Position numbers and translations under genes: made by a program. Under the pieces are notes generated by a model. The model was not told the DNA's origin and did not search any database. It saw only the letters and a program-made list of their open reading frames with translations. This document shows, piece by piece, positions 62,766 through 64,000 of a stretch of 64,000 bases of DNA. The stretch lies in the NCBI RefSeq assembly GCF_001194135.2, contig NC_068990.1, forward strand, positions 43,617,893 through 43,681,892, in the 5' to 3' direction. Each line of letters opens with the position of its first letter. Position 1 is the first letter of the stretch. The DNA is from Octopus bimaculoides (taxonomy: Eukaryota).

Positions 62766-64000
62766 ATTAAATAGATTAGTTGGAAATGAAATCTTCATTA
62801 TTGTTTTAATGCTTACTTTCAATGCTTGCATGGATTAGATGAAATTTATTGGAAAAGATGCTCTTCCTGTCAACAACCTTTGTTTCCTTCAAACAGTGAA
62901 CAACAGTTCAGTTTATCAGCCTCTTCTGCTGAAATGCTACATTATAGGGACAAAATCAAACCAACACTGGTTGTCAAGCAGTGTGTATGTAGCAGGATAC
63001 AAGCACAAAGACACACACAGCCAGTGGCACATAAAAAACACCATTCGAGCTTTGGGCCTTACAGAGTCAATGACAAACGACCAAGACCCTTGATGATTTG
63101 CTGTGCTTAAGAAGACCCATTAAGCCAAATGAAATTGTAGTCATGGCAGATACTGGTGTCATGCAACTGGCACCCATGCTGGTGACATGTAAAAGCACCC
63201 ATTTCACACTCGGAGTGGTTAGTGTTAGGAAGGGCATCCAGTTGTAGAAACCTTGCCAAATTAAACTGGAAGCTGGTGCAGCCCTGGTCAAACCATCCAG
63301 CCCATACCAGCATGGACAACAGACGTTAAATGATGATGAGGATGATGAACAGGCACTCCATCATTTATAACAACAAGGGTTCCAGTTGATCCAGTCAACA
63401 GAACAGCCTGCTCATGAGATTAACGTGCAAATGGCTGAACATTCCAGACTCACATATCCTTAACATAGTTCTCAGTGGGATTCAGCATGACACATGTGAC
63501 ATGCCTGGCCCTTTGAATTACACATACACCTTACTTTTGCCACACGCACACACAGTTTCTACCTCCCAAATTCACTCACTAGGGGCACTTACAAAGTGAG
63601 CTTCTTAGTCACACAATCTTGTTTAAATTAGCATGCAATGTCAAGACAAGGAGACACGAACACTTTCATGTGCATATACACACACACATATACTCATTGT
63701 GATTCTTTTAGGTTCCATCTACAAAATCCACCTGCAAGGTTTTGGTCAGCCTGGAGCTGTAATAGAGGACTTTTGCCCAAGGTGCTGTGCAAGGGGACTG
63801 AATCCAAACTGTGGTTGTTTATCCTCAGGTAATGCTTGATAGAGCAGGCAGATCAGTGATAAAATGTGTTTCCCATTTTATTTTGTTGATTGAGAACTAA
63901 GTTTATACATATTCTGAGATATGGAAGATTTGGTTGCTTTTTCTTGTAGGACTTTATATGTTTTTTAATCAGTATGAAGGGTGTTCTGGCCCTTTGTAGG

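Noticed and set aside
63950-64000. Acceptor tttttcttgtag near the window end as exon 2 of a divergent gene
   Set aside because: The phase required by the candidate first exon hits a stop within 16 codons, and the other frames are unrecognisable.

Overview
AT-rich animal genomic DNA from a gapped draft assembly (12 N-runs, about 5 kb). The repeat landscape suggests an octopus or other coleoid cephalopod; this is inference from the SINE, RTE and microsatellite families. The only well-supported host gene is a minus-strand PX-BAR sorting nexin of the SNX7/SNX30 family. Eight coding exons were assembled by hand from 50514 down to 904, all with GT-AG boundaries and consistent phases (357 codons). 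The C-terminal exon(s) lie left of the window. Introns 1 (20.3 kb) and 2 (17.2 kb) and the 13.5 kb upstream of the gene are packed with mobile DNA. These include three SINE-type families, RTE LINE fragments of at least two lineages, R4/Dong-like and Penelope-like fragments, three mariner relics (one full length), hAT-, piggyBac- and Tc1-type MITEs and a probable Helentron-type element, plus mini- and microsatellites. No genuine tRNA/rRNA gene, CRISPR array or new multi-gene system could be supported. The best leads are: a textbook recursive-splice-site motif in intron 1; two loopless palindromes beside (TA)n tracts; an RTE fragment resembling decapod-crustacean elements (possible horizontal transfer); a CpG-retaining, possibly bidirectional promoter; and a minisatellite with a stepwise CpG gradient.
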